Assembly (NCBI RefSeq): GCF_037042905.1
Contig: NC_087245.1
Coordinates: 7,876,001 to 7,940,000, forward strand
DNA length: 64,000 bases
Source of the DNA: Lytechinus pictus
Lineage: Eukaryota
Direction: 5' to 3'
Both the position numbers and the translations under genes were made by a program. Shown piece after piece: positions 51,488-64,000 of this stretch. Each line of letters begins with the position of its first letter. The first letter of the stretch is position 1. The notes beneath the pieces were generated by a model. That model saw only the letters and a program-made list of their open reading frames with translations, was not told where the DNA came from and searched no databases.

Positions 51488-51652
51488 ACAAATAGCAAAT
51501 ATTCTTATTTATGCAATTGTGCAATATTTCGCATTTGGTGAAAGAAAGAGACGCTCTATTCAACTCCGCTAACACCTCGTTGAATAGAGCATCTTTCTTT
51601 CACCTCATGCGAAATCTCGCACCATCGCACTCATGCCTATTCGCTATTTGTA
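51488..51652. repeat. Imperfect palindromic (hairpin) element
   Basis: ACAAATAGC...GCTCTATTCAAC/GTTGAATAGAGC...GCTATTTGT. Confidence 0.6.
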
Positions 51653-51990
51653 TAATATTCAATTTTTCCTCTGATAATGTACTACTACTTGGTTTGATTC
51701 ATTACAGAAAAAGTAAATAATTATTATAATCATTCATTGTAATTTGTTAAAGATCCTCTGATACAAAAATCTGTAAAACTTTGCATTTTAAAAATATTTC
51801 ATATAATAAAATACATACAAAGAAATAATGTGTGGCATCATCAGCTCCCTCACTTTGCATACTCTGATAAAAAGCAAACTAAAAATTCCATGAAGTTTCT
51901 TTTATTGCATCTGATTTGATGACATTTTTCAGTGTCCTGATTTTTGTTGGTGGGGTGGATTTGGCTTTTATTGAGAGATTAATCACTTAC

Positions 51991-52109
51991 ACTCTGATCT
52001 GTCTGATGGCTCCATACTTTCCAAAGATGTCGTACATTTCCTCTGCAGTGATCTTGTAAGGCAGGTTTCTAACATACAGAATTCTGTTCACCTCTGGAGG
52101 GAGGCGAAC
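51991..52109 (-). CDS. SF3B6: SF3B6 exon 2 ([40 protein letters not shown])
   Basis: gaag| and |gtaagt, 119 nt. Confidence 0.97.
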
Positions 52110-53522
52110 CTTCAAAATGAAATGAAAAAAACAACAACATTTTCATCTATGATAGATAATCATGGAATTGAGAATTTTTTGCATTTGCATCAGCTCTTGA
52201 TCTATAGTCCTACTTATGAATATTCATGAATTGAGCAGCGATTTCCGTGCATCCACAATTTGTGTTAGCGATGTTTTGGAATCAGCAGTGAATTGATACG
52301 TGTGAGGAAACCGATACTGGCTCTAAATCACCAATTTTGAGACTGATAGAAGCATGGAAAAGAAGTGATACATTGTGAAATGTAAGATGATTTGTTATAA
52401 ATGAATTATACAGTAGAGGCACCGGTCCAAAATTGGGATTGTCCCAGAAAACAAGGATATCCTCATAAACCAAGACAAATATGTCTTAATAAATTGAGAT
52501 TGTCCTTGTTAATGGGGACAGTTTTTCTTCACTTACCCCTGCGGGACATGGATGGCAATTACAGGGTCGGGGATTGAGAGTGCTAAAATACATGTAGATT
52601 CAGTGACCTCAATTCATCCCAGTTCACCATCTATTTTTCATGACTTGCCTCTTCTTCCAATAATTTTGCTTTGAAACCTGATATGTTTACACTGACTCAA
52701 TTGATGTTGGCACTTGACATGTATATGAACTTTCCTAGATTTCTTGTGTGGATGAATCTTTGAAAACTGAGTCTGAGACAGTCCCTGTAAACTGGACGAT
52801 CCCAATTTGCTGACCCGCGCCTTTACTGTTGTAAGGTCATTTCATTGCCATGGGTATATTTTCCCCCACAAGTGACACCTTTGTCACTCAGACTAGCAAA
52901 GCGAGTTTTAAGGCTTGATGTTCGGGTAGGTGTAGCATAGCCTTAGTAGTGAAGTGGAGTGAAGCCTAACTTTATACACATCGTCATACTCAGTCTCAGT
53001 CATTAATGATGTTTATTGTAGCTAGGTAGTATATACTAATTATTTATAATCACGGATTAAATTTTAGTATTTGTGAATTATAATTTTTATCTATAAATTG
53101 TTCTTCAAAACGGCATGGAGTCCTCAAGACTAGGGAGTACCTAGTCTTGAGGACGCGATGATGACTTTTAAAATAATGAAATATACTTCTTCATCATTGA
53201 CGTCTTGACACTCTTCCCGTAGTCGCAGAAGAGAAGGACCAAAACAAAGATGGATTTCCCTCAGAAATCCATCTTTTGAAACAAAAATCACTTGAATTTT
53301 ATGAATTTCATTGATTTTTACACCTTCCTACTCCTAATGCGTAGGAAGGTTTTTAAAATTATGATATAAAAATGTGAAAAAATTAAGGTTTCTTACCCAA
53401 CTGATGCCGAGTAGACCCCTTGATCCACATGTAAACAACGTAAGTACAATAGCGTTGACCCTTGAACCGCTTAGTTATGTATGACGCTAGCAATGCCGTT
53501 TTGACGAACAATTTATAGATAA

Positions 53523-53670
53523 CAAGTGGAATGCCTCTGGCCGTCTCACCTGCATCACGCGATTCAATATAGCCGCAGTGCTGATTTTGAAAACTACTAT
53601 AACTCGCACAAGATGTTCAGTGATACTTGGTTACTCTTATTTCCACGTTTTATGAACTAGACCAATACAC

Positions 53671-53702
<32 letters not shown>

Positions 53703-54878
53703 TAAAGATTTGTATAGCGCACATATCTGTCGATGACACTCAAGGCGCACAATTAACTACTTATATAAAACAGAAATCAATAAATACATAAAAATGAACA
53801 AACTGAGAAGAAAAAATACACAATCAGTTAAGTTGGTAGTCAAAAAATAAAAAATGGCCTTATCACACAACAGTTAAGGAAATGCTTCCCTCATGAGGTA
53901 AGTCTTCAATTTGCTGTGGAATAGCTCTCTTGACTGGCACGACTTAATGTCCGATGGGATTGAATTCCACAAACGGGGACCAGCAACGGAAAAAGATCTG
54001 TCACCCCAGGACCTTTTCACTCTAACTTGTTGGAGCTGGTGAACATTCCCTGAACGAAGACCGGGTCTACACGATCTCTTCAACTCCAGAAGATCTGATA
54101 GGTACACTGGTGTCTGGTTGGTTTTCAGTTTATAGAGATATGATGGCAATTCAACAAATACCCCCAACGTGGCCAAAGTTCTTTGACCTTACATGACCTT
54201 TGACCTTGATCATGTGACCTGAAACTCGCACAGGATGTTCAGTGATACTTGATTACTATTATGTCCAAGTTTTATGAACTAGACCAACAAACTTTAAAAT
54301 TTATGGCTGTAATTCAACAAATACCCCAATTTGGCCAAAGTTCATTGACCCTGAATGACCTTTGACCTTGATCATGTGACCTGAAACTTGCACAGGATGT
54401 TCAGTAATACTTGATTACTATTATGTCCAAGTTTCATGAATCAGATCCATAAACTTTCAAAGTTATGATGGTAATTCAACAGATACCCCCAATTCGGCCA
54501 AAGTTCATTGACCCTAAATGACCTTTGACCTTGGTCATGTGACGTGAAACTCATGCAGGATGTTCAGTGATACTTGATTAACCTTATGTATAAGTTTCAT
54601 GAACTAGGTCCATATATTTTCTAAGTTATGATGACATTTCAAAAACTTAACCTTAGGTTAAGATTTTGATGTTGATTCCCCCAACATGGTCTAAGTTCAT
54701 TGACCCTAAATGACCTTTGACCTTGGTCATGTGACATGAAACTCAGGCAGGATGTTCAGTAATACTTGATTAACATTATGGCCAAGTTTCATGAACTAGG
54801 TCCATATACTTTCTAAGTTATGCTGTCATTTCAAAAACTTAACCTCAGGTTAAGATTTGGTGTTGACGCCGCCGCCGC

Positions 54879-54909
<31 letters not shown>

Positions 54910-54974
54910 GTCGCCGTCGCCGCCGCCGTCGGAAAAGCGGCGCCTATAGTCTCACTCTGCTATGCAGGTGAGAC
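53523..54974 (-). mobile_element. HINE family B copy, inverted, near-identical to 39592-40481
   Basis: Same termini and tandem units on the minus strand; expanded (GCC)n. Confidence 0.85.
53674..54129 (-). mobile_element. 5'-truncated L2/CR1-group LINE 3' end
   Basis: ORF2 C-terminus PVYLSDLL...GDRSFSVAGPRLWNSIP..FHSKLKTYL, 3' UTR and (ATT)n tail. Confidence 0.85.
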
Positions 54975-56565
54975 AAAAATGATTATTTCACAAATACTAA
55001 AATTTATTACGTGATTATAAATAATTATTAGTATTATATTTTAACATTTGCGAAATAATTTTTTTTATCTATAGATTATTCATCAGAACGGCATCGCTAC
55101 CCGGAAGTACGTCATACATAAGCTGTTCAAGGGTCGACGCTAAAAAAAAAGGAAGGTGTAAAAATTAATGAAATTCATAGAATTCAAGTGATTTTTGTTT
55201 CAAAAGATGGATTTCCGAGGGAAATCCATCTTTGTTTTGGTCCTTCTCTTCTGCGACCGGAAGTGTCAAGACGTCAATGATGAAGAAGTATATTTCATTA
55301 TTTTTAAAGTCATCATCATTGCGTCCTCAAGACTAGGCCTAGGGAGTATAATGGTGGGTCCCAAGTCTGCGAACCTAACAATTTGAGTTAAGATTTAACA
55401 TGAATTTCTTCTTATTTCACAAAATCTTTCAGTTAATAAAGTTCCTTATATTATCATAAGTGCACCAAATTTCTCATTAAAAAATGAAAGAAAATATAAG
55501 AAAATATAGGATTTTCTTAAAAACCTCGGCTCGGGCAGTCATTTTCAGATTGAAAAAAATGGTACCCCATGTCTGCGCACTCATTCACTTTGCACACGAT
55601 TTGGGGATTTTGATGAGAAAGGCTGTATTTTGAGGCCGTCACATGAAATGCCCTAAATTCATTATTTTTCCACCATTTTGAGTCGGATATTTTCATGAAT
55701 ACCTGTCTATGTATTGCATGTGTAAAGTTCGTGCTCGTTCCGTATCTTCTTTAACTAGAATCGCGCAGAAACGCGTGTGCGCAGTCAAGGGAGACTGCGC
55801 CGACTTGCCATACCTATTTATTGCGAACTGGGCATGACCCATGTTGTTGTTGGCAAATATCAGCAGTGCAGAAGCTGCACCACAAAGCATGATGATAGGA
55901 TTAAAAAAGGGGGCAGAGACCGCAGTGCGCGTGCGTATGTGCAGAGCTAGCTAACTTGCCCCCTTTTCGATCCCATGATACATTATGATTGCGGTTCTTA
56001 TCGCTTTGAGGTAGGCCTAACTTGTCACACGGAGACGTGAAATCCGGTACTGACGTTGCGTGCAAGAAATATCGCATTATTCAGACATGACTAACTACGG
56101 AGTAGGATGGGGGGTTGGGTGTCCGGACAGTTTATATTTTTGAGGCCTTCTTTTTTGTCTTTGGATTGCACTAAAAATATGAATTCGATAGTCGTAATCA
56201 TCTTCTATTTTGTTCTCTATTATATTTCCTAACATTTTGTAATAAAAATTGATGGAACTTCACTGAAAATTTTTCCAAATGACTTTCTAAAATTGATCGT
56301 CCGGACACACAACCTGTCCGGACACACAACAACTGGGTATACGGCCTACGGTAGTGTACCGTACCGGTAGGCGGTACATAAGTACCTTACTTAGCCTCAC
56401 ACAATTCTAACTAGCGTGTCTGAAACCGTCATTCGATTCTCCTCAGTAATTACGTTCACTTTCTCAAACGTAACTCATTCTCTAATATTCCAGAATTAGA
56501 CCCTATCTATTGACCATCTTAATTCAAACAAATTACTTAAAACTGATATTAAAATTATTCCTCAC

Positions 56566-56595
56566 ATTTTGACGGCGGGCTGCTTGCATCGCCAT
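56566..56595 (-). CDS. SF3B6: SF3B6 exon 1 (MAMQAARRQN)
   Basis: ATG at 56595 in aacATGg context, |gtgag donor. Confidence 0.93.
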
Positions 56596-57118
56596 GTTGA
56601 CGTTGATGATAGCAAAGATACAGTACGGAAGCTAGATCGAGCATGCAGCTGCAGCGCACGCACGCAATATTAATATGAAAGGTAGGGACTTTTGACGACA
56701 AAGTACGCTTAACGTAGTCTGCTATGCAGACTCTGAATGGCTCGTGAAGTGGGATCTGCAGCTGGTTTGCGAAGCAAACCAGCTTGAAAGGGCGAGCGAA
56801 GCGAGCCATTTCAGAGTCTGCTTCTTCTTTGGAAATCTTGTTCCCACGGTCAAAATAAGTCCCACCCACCCAAAATTTCAGAGAGCTTTCATTGGATAAC
56901 TTCATCTGTCTGTAAACCAAATTTTATGACCACTGAGGAGTATAGATAATCCCCTACTTCAACCACAGAGCCATGAGCAGGGTTATTATGTAATACCCTC
57001 GCTCAGGCCATCAGACAGTGTTTACATATGACATTCCACTGAGCAGCTGCATGTATGGCCAAAACCTTGCTCCATGGCCCAAAATAGTGGATGGTTTTAT
57101 CATAGCTCTATATATATA

Positions 57119-57900
57119 TTCAATTCAATTCAATCTTTATTTCGCAAATAGGATAAAAATACAAGGAAACATCAAATAATGTGATTAGATAATAAAAATA
57201 AATTGCGTGGCTTCCCATGAAGGTAATAAGAAACATGTGAGGCTCGCCAAAACATAGTAAAAACAAAACAACATTAATACAAAACAGAATATCATATCAT
57301 TATAGTTAATAGTGAATATAAAAAGGAGAAAAAAACACGAGTTGAGGGGGGTAGATACGTTACAAGTATGCATTGATATCATGTGTGAGAATTAATAATA
57401 ATTTACTAGAAAATTTGAATACTGTTTTCTAAAAGAATATATAAATTGTGAATTAGTTATTATTTGGGGAATCTCATTCCATTGTTTGGGACCTACATAA
57501 CTCAGCTTCGTGACTATAGACCTAATAGACCATAAATGAAATTTATTGGAAGAACGGGTATTATGGTTATGAACTTGATTATTGCATTGAAAAATATCTG
57601 AAAACTACATGGGTAACAACTACCTCTTCTTGAACTTATAGATAAATATTGTGAGTTCTCGCTTATTAAATAAAGGTGCGGATGGTGCTATTAGAATAGG
57701 TAATTATTCTTAAACATTTCTTTTGAATATTGAGTCCAATTCATATGAGGTTACATTGGTATTGCAATATTTTAAATAAGAGAAAATCATGGAATGGTAT
57801 AAAGTTATCAGATTTTTATGAAGCAAACTAAGCTTAAGTTTGTAAATTAAACCAGTATTCCTTAAAACATTTATCATATGGTACTTAAAACCCAAAATAT
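57119..57900 (-). mobile_element. Degenerate CR1/L2-group LINE 3' end
   Basis: LITLYHSMIFSYLKYCN and SYVGPKQWNEIP fragments; AATAAA + (TTGAA)n tail. Confidence 0.7.
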
Positions 57901-58920
57901 CAAACTCAAAAACACCATTCTCATAAAATTCAGAACTGAAATATTAAATATGATAGTTTACAAAATGAAAATCTTAAATTTCACGATTGTAAGTTTGTAA
58001 ACTATCATACTTTTAATCAAACAGGATAGCTATGTTTTATTTTGTTCCTGTTTGGAATTAACTTCTAACCATAGTTTCTTGATTGGACCTTGTATTTGTA
58101 GTCACTTCTCCATGCTACTGTATTCAACCTGTTTTACTGTTATGTTAGCTCAGTTTGATATTAATTAGCCCTAATTAGCCTTGTGTAAGTTGTCATGCCC
58201 AGCAACATTCGTTCACCTTTGTATTAAAAGTGTTTTTATGCCAGCCATAATGTATGTGATAATCAGGTACTTTCAAACTCAAAAGTATGCTGAATGAAAA
58301 TGTTGGCAATTTTTTTATATAAACCTAAATCGGATCTATTTGATTTAAATCAGATTTTTTTAAATTTCAATCTGATTTTTTCTAACAATTTTTTTTTGAC
58401 AAAGTGCAAACACCCAAAATATAACCCTTCACACTGACATCAATTTTAAAATTATGCATTTCACCACCAAAATTATTCTTAACTATTTCATAATCAAATC
58501 CAGTCAAAATATAATTTATAGAAAATATTAAAGCCATAAAGAAGCTGACATTTTCTGCTGTGTCTAAAGTACATGTAGAGAGCTTCTACTTATTGGTTCA
58601 AAGGAACTGTCTTGGTACAACTAATGCTGCAAACATGCAAAGTTGGTGCTCATTTTCAAAGCTCTTGGTATTTAATGAGGATCAGTTTATTTGGAAGAAT
58701 TCCATGACTCAGAGATTCAAGTTCTCCAAAGAGATATATTTTTTAAATTTTATTTTCAGGTCAAGGATTGAAGATCATACACGTTAAAGAAAACTGCATT
58801 TATCTTTTGTTTGTTTCAACCCCAAGTTGTTCTTTGAGCCACAGTTGGAACGACTGTTTCAAAGCATTGGCTTTCAAAGCTTTGACCGACTGCATTTATT
58901 TTTGTTTGTATCAACCTTAA

Positions 58921-59517
58921 AGGAATGGACCGGGCTGAAAATATTCAGATCTAAATAAATAGAGTAAAATTATGAAAATTTCACCAAAATTGGATGACAA
59001 ATAACAAAGTTATTGTATTTTAAAGTTTATCAATATTTTGTGAAAAGAGTTATATTTACATCGTCATGAATGTTCATTTGGTGGGTTGATGATGTCACAT
59101 CCCCTCTTTCCTTTTTCTTATAACATGAAATCATAATTGTTTCATTTTTTTTATACATGTGTAAATAATGTGTCTCCATTATGATGAAATAAGTTGCGGC
59201 AATAAATAACTAATGTACTTAATTAGTTGCCAATTCAATTGTTTTTAGTTCTTGGTAAATTCCTTTTTAATAAACCTAATTTCACATAATCATAATCAAA
59301 AGAACAAGTGGAGATATGCCATCATAAGCCCAACTAACGGATATTCATGAAGACATGCCTAGAAATGTTTTACCGGAATAATCGAAAAGAAATCTTTAAA
59401 ATTCAATAACTTTGTTATTTGTTATCCGATTTTGATCAAATTTCAGTATTTTACTCTGTGAATTTTACTTTATTTATTGATACATGTATCATAATTTCTC
59501 CAGCCTGGACAATTCCT
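58921..59517. mobile_element. Kolobok-like MITE
   Basis: TTAA|AGGAAT...ATTCCT|TTAA. Confidence 0.75.
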
Positions 59518-60430
59518 TTAAGTTCTTCTTTGAGCCATAGTTGGAACTATTTGACTGTTTCAAAGCATTGGCTTGCAAAGTTTTGACAAACTTGCAAGTT
59601 GATTTAAATGATTTCGTTTACAATAAACTGGAAAACTAGTATTTTAGCAGCAGTTTTGCTAAAATAAGAAAACGGGTTCCCTTATATACTGTGTCGGCCT
59701 ATTTATTTGAATACAGGAACATGTAAAGGAATAGAAATGTTAAAATATCGGTGTATTGGGTAAGCAGGGACGTTGCCGATTTTTACTTTTATTGTACTCA
59801 ATTCAAAATATTCACTTAAAAATGTACAAACATAAATCATTTTGGCAAAGGGCACTAAAATGTATAGTTGTTATGATTTAGTCATGTTAGTGCCCTTTGC
59901 CAAGAACATTCATACATATTTTAAAATAAATGTACATATGTACTTAATTACTGAACCTTTTTCAGTGAACTGGCTGAATGAAGCACAATCCTACTCAGAA
60001 TGTCTGAACAGGCTTTTTCTAGTATAGGATCCATGGTTATAACCCATCCTGGCAAAAATCTATCATGTTGAGATTCAGCCTAATAAGTTCAGAGTTCCTT
60101 TACTTTCTTGAAAACTGCCCTCTAAAACACTTTTGAATTTTGACATAAAGAAACAAGAAATTTGTTTTACTATTAACAAAGTCTACTCATACATACAAGT
60201 TGAGTAGGGGTCGCATATAATGTAGGCTACATGTTCATCTTTGGTTTTGCAAGATTGACTTGATATCATTGATTTGATTTCAATTGTTCTGAGTAGATAT
60301 GAAGGATTTATTCCTGTTCTCATGATATAAAGTTGGTAAAATCTTTCTCTTTTTAATTCAAAAAGTAAAACTGCCACAAACAATAAAAAATCCCAAATAA
60401 TTTGTACATGTTTCAATGGAAGTGATTTAA

Positions 60431-61188
60431 AGGAAAAGTCATGCACCCCAACAAAAAGCTGCTTTGAATAGTAAGAGAAAATCAGACAAGCATAACGCTG
60501 AAAATTTCATCAAAATCCGATCTAAAAGAAGAAAGTAATGACGTTTAAAATGTTTGCTTAATTTCACAAAACCGTGGTTATATGCAAATCCTTGTCGGTA
60601 TGCAAATTAGGGCGATGACATCACTCATTTTTTTTTTGTATTTTATTATGTGAAATATGAAATATTTTTATGAAAAAAAATCATTCCTCCCTGACCATGT
60701 GGGATTACATTGTTTTAACATTTTGTAGTTCAAACAAGAGGGTCCTATTTGTTAAATTCGTAAAAATTGAAATGTTGTATAATTCAAACAGTAAAAATGC
60801 AAAAGCAATAGTGAGTGAGTGACATCATCGACTCTCTAATTTTCATATCACTGAATTGTCATTATAACTGGGGGCCGTTTCATAAAGCTGTTCACAAGTT
60901 AAGAGCGACTTAAAGAACGACTGGTGAACACTTCTTACGCGATAAACCATCGCCAATGTATATACAATTTACCACAAGAAAGGATCTCAAATCGTTCTTA
61001 AAGTCGCTCTTAACTTACGAACAGCTTTATAAAACACCCATCTGTTTTGTGAAAAATAAGCGAAACTTTAAAATGTTATCATAAACTATTTTACATCCGA
61101 TTTTGATGTAGTTTCCAGCGTTATTCTTGTTTGATTTTTCTCTATGTTTATTCAATTAAACTCTTTTTTTCTGGGGTGGATATGACCT
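60431..61188. mobile_element. Kolobok-like MITE with a nested CTG-flanked MITE (60871-61041)
   Basis: TTAA|AGG...CCT|TTAA; homologous to 62516-63106. Confidence 0.75.
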
Positions 61189-61554
61189 TTAAATCAATGA
61201 TTTGAAAAAAATGATCACAGTGATTTAAATCGCGATTTAAATCGCGATTAAAATCAACGTGATTTAAATCAGCCAATCCTGCTGAATTAACTGAATATGA
61301 AAACAATTAGCTTTGTCAACACATGCAATGTCGATGCCAAAGATGTGAAAGTTGCATATTGGTATGCCCGGGAGCTATATGCCTTGATGCTTTACTCATT
61401 AGTGCAAACTGCTTACATGTACTATGCCCCATTGCTTTGAAGGATAATTATTTTGTTTCAAAATATTAATTTGTTGGATTTGAATTGTGGAAAGTAGGTA
61501 ATTTTTTTTTTTTGTCTGTTAAATATGAGCTTACCAGTTATATTGGCTGTAGTG

Positions 61555-61849
61555 CACTAGCGTACCTACGGGGGGGGGGGGGCAATCTGCCCCCCCCTGA
61601 CGAGCCACAACCCATACAAAAGACATATCCCTGCCCCCCTGACCCTGACGAGCTTGAAAGACCTTTATTGCCCCCCCCCCCCCTGACAAACTTGAAGGCC
61701 TTTTTCTTTTTTTTTGCATGTCAATATTTTTTCTGGTACGAAAACCTTTATTTTCGATTGAGGACCTTTTCTTTCTTTTTTTTTTTGCTTGTCAAATTTT
61801 TTGGCGGGCAAATTTTCCCCTCCTGTGGAAAATCCTAGGTACGCCACTG
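61555..61849. mobile_element. hAT-like MITE
   Basis: 8-bp TSD CTGTAGTG; TIR CACTAGCGTACCTA...TAGGTACGCCACTG. Confidence 0.75.
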
Positions 61850-61947
61850 CTGTAGTGTATGCTACTTCTTCTAAAAAAAAATGCATTTCATAGGCGGATC
61901 CAGGGTGGGCCCGAGGTGTCCGGTGTGATGATGAACAGTGTATATTT

Positions 61948-62090
61948 CAGGGGCCGTGGAAATGGTTTTCAAAGTAGGGGGGGGGGGGGCTGATGACGCA
62001 AAAAATCACAATCATATGGTCATTTTTACGATTATGTACACGGCTTTGAAAGTGGGGTCACCCCCCCCCCCCCCGCTTCCGCGGCCCCTG
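61948..62090. mobile_element. Short MITE CAGGGGCCG...CGGCCCCTG
   Basis: Inverted termini, poly-G/poly-C subterminal tracts. Confidence 0.6.
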
Positions 62091-62515
62091 TATTTCATGT
62101 GCAATGGGGATGTCTGAATCTCATCTGTAAATGAAATATATATAATTTATCTTTATTTGATATTAGCCATAAAACAAAACATCAAAACATTCACAATAGG
62201 CTTAATGAAGAAGGAAACATTGAAGTCGAAATAATAGAATTATAAAGAAAATGTGAAACTAAATGCTAATGGCAGGGCAAACAAAACTTAATTTATTAAG
62301 ATGTAAGAAGAAGGAACGGAAAAGAAGAAAAGAGACAAAGAGAAAGAGAAAGAAAAGATAACAATAAGGAAAGGAAGGGGAAGAAATAAAGAGGGTATAA
62401 GAAAGGAGAACAAGTCATATCTTATGTGAGTAGTACATATATAGGGTTAATGTTGCACGCTAAAATTTCATATAATTTCTTATTTTGTACTTTAGAAAAC
62501 AGTTTGGTTCATTAA

Positions 62516-63106
62516 AGGTCAAGTCTACCTCAGAAAAATGTTGATTTGAATCAATAGAGAAAGATCAGACAAGCACAATGCTGAAAATTTCATCAAAATC
62601 GGATGTAAAATAAGAAAGTTATGACATTTCCAAGTTTCGCTTATTTTTAACAAAATAGTTATATGAACGAGCCAGTTACATCCAAATGAGAGAGTCGATG
62701 ATGTCACTCACTCAATATTTCTTTTGTTTTTTATTGTTTGAATTACACAATATTTCAATTTTTACGAATTTGATGATTAGGACCTCTTTGCCTGAAGCAT
62801 AAAATGTTAAACGTGTTCAGGGAGGAATGAAACTTCATTTCACCATGACAATGACAAGAAAATAAAAATATTTCACATTTCATATAATAAAATACAAAAG
62901 AAATAGTGAGTGAGTGATGTCATCAGTTCCCTCATTTGCATACCGACCGAGATGTGCATATCAAACTGTTTTGTGAAATGAAGCGAAACTTTTAAATGTC
63001 ATAACTTTCTTATTTTACATCCGATTTTGATGAAATTTTCAGTGTTATGCTTGTTGAATTTTTCTCTTTTTATTCAAATCAAGTTTTGTTGGGGTGGACT
63101 TGTCCT
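62516..63106. mobile_element. Kolobok-like MITE
   Basis: TTAA|AGGTCAAGTC...GACTTGTCCT|TTAA. Confidence 0.8.
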
Positions 63107-63189
63107 TTAATCAATCAGTTCCATTATATTGTAGAAATGATAAAGATACACGTAGGATGATAAATAACATTAAAAAAAAACAGGACATT

Positions 63190-63522
63190 GGAGGAAAGGA
63201 AGAAGAATGAGAGAGCAAATGAAATAGATGAAAATAAAATTAGAAAAAATAAGAAAGGAGGAGGAAGGGAAAGAATGAAAGAAAGAAAGAGAGAGAGAGA
63301 AAGAGATAAAAATGAAAAAAAAGGAAGGAAAAATGAATGAATGAAAGAAAGAAAAAGGAAGAAAGGAAAGGAAAGAAAGGAAGATATAAAGAGAAAAAGA
63401 AGAGAGAAAAAAGAAAGAAAACAAAAGAGAAGAAAGAGGAAAAGAAAAAAAAATCAAGAAGAATGAAAAGAGGAAAAAAGAAAAAAGGAAAGAAAGGAAG
63501 AGAAAGAAAGAAAAAGAAAAGG
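63190..63522. repeat. Purine-rich (GA/GAAA) low-complexity tract
   Basis: Almost exclusively A/G on the + strand. Confidence 0.9.
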
Positions 63523-64000
63523 TATATTCCATGTCACTTATAAAAGACCCGGGGGGGGGGGGGTGATCAGGGCATCTTCTACACATTCATATACTGTATT
63601 AGTTCCATACACGTTCCTTGCTGTAACAAAAAATGTTTCAAAATATGCCCTATGCTATTTATAACCATGAGCTATTACAGACTTGGTATCATCATGGACC
63701 TATCATCCAAACCATTCCATCTCCTGACTACTCAAGTACATTCATATATGTATCTATGCATGTATATGGATCCTATGTGTATGTAGCAAGCCCCAAAAGT
63801 GAAAGAGGAGTATACCCTATTTGTTTAAATTCCACAAGATAAGAAATGGTCAGAACAGCTGGATCCTAATCCCTCTCTTGCCCCTACTTCCACAAATCTG
63901 CTGTCAATCATGGTATCTACTGGCAACGGAGGGTTTCAGCAAGCTCCGCCTTGTGTACACGTTTCGTGTACATTGGTCAAACAAGTTGTAGACCCAGATC

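Larger units (their letters stand above)
53142..55335. mobile_element. Foldback element with TAG...CTA termini hosting a HINE
   Basis: About 190-bp near-perfect inverted arms TAGTCTTGAGGACGC... / ...GCGTCCTCAAGACTA. Confidence 0.7.
47866..56595 (-). other. SF3B6: Splicing factor 3B subunit 6 (p14/SF3B14) gene span; 4 exons, 378 nt = 125 aa + stop
   Basis: The spliced product [51 protein letters not shown]...[35 protein letters not shown]... matches the known p14 RRM protein. Confidence 0.97.

Noticed and set aside
52440..52480. VYEDI peptide resembling SF3B6 exon 3
   Set aside because: A five-residue match only, with no flanking similarity; treated as chance.
47866..56595. Minor (U12) or non-canonical introns
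   Set aside because: All reconstructed introns in both genes are ordinary GT-AG, with no GTATCCT/ATATCCT donors.
56555..56920. 121-aa minus-strand ORF over the SF3B6 start
   Set aside because: It is in a different frame from SF3B6 exon 1, spans promoter/5' UTR and shows no recognisable homology.
63170..63586. Phe/Ser-rich and Lys/Arg/Glu-rich ORFs
   Set aside because: Translations of a purine-rich low-complexity tract.

Overview
AT-rich, intron-rich animal genomic DNA. It looks like a marine invertebrate, possibly an echinoderm, but taxon is inferred from repeat types only. Two convergent protein-coding genes can be rebuilt exon by exon with canonical GT-AG sites and consistent phases. (1) The 3' part of an ATP-dependent 6-phosphofructokinase (PFK1) on the + strand: 15 exons, 1030-30873, with the 5' exons outside the window. 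(2) A complete 125-aa SF3B6/p14 spliceosomal gene on the - strand: 4 exons, 56595-47866. Almost all other ORF-track entries are spurious. Introns and intergenic DNA are dense with non-autonomous transposons: hAT-, Tc1/pogo-, Harbinger-, Kolobok-, piggyBac- and Academ-like elements, Helentron/HINE-like elements, LINE 3' ends and a tRNA-SINE. Highlights are an 18-copy 116-bp array built from a PFK exon end plus its weakened splice donor, with an 808-bp higher-order period, and a four-level nested transposon stack at 35.1-41.6 kb. Also notable are HINE-borne arrays of perfect DR1 (AGGTCAAAGGTCA) motifs and MITE copies whose termini are swapped relative to their interior. I found no CRISPR or other prokaryotic system and no clearly novel protein-coding system. 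Superfamily names come from terminal/TSD signatures, not database searches.
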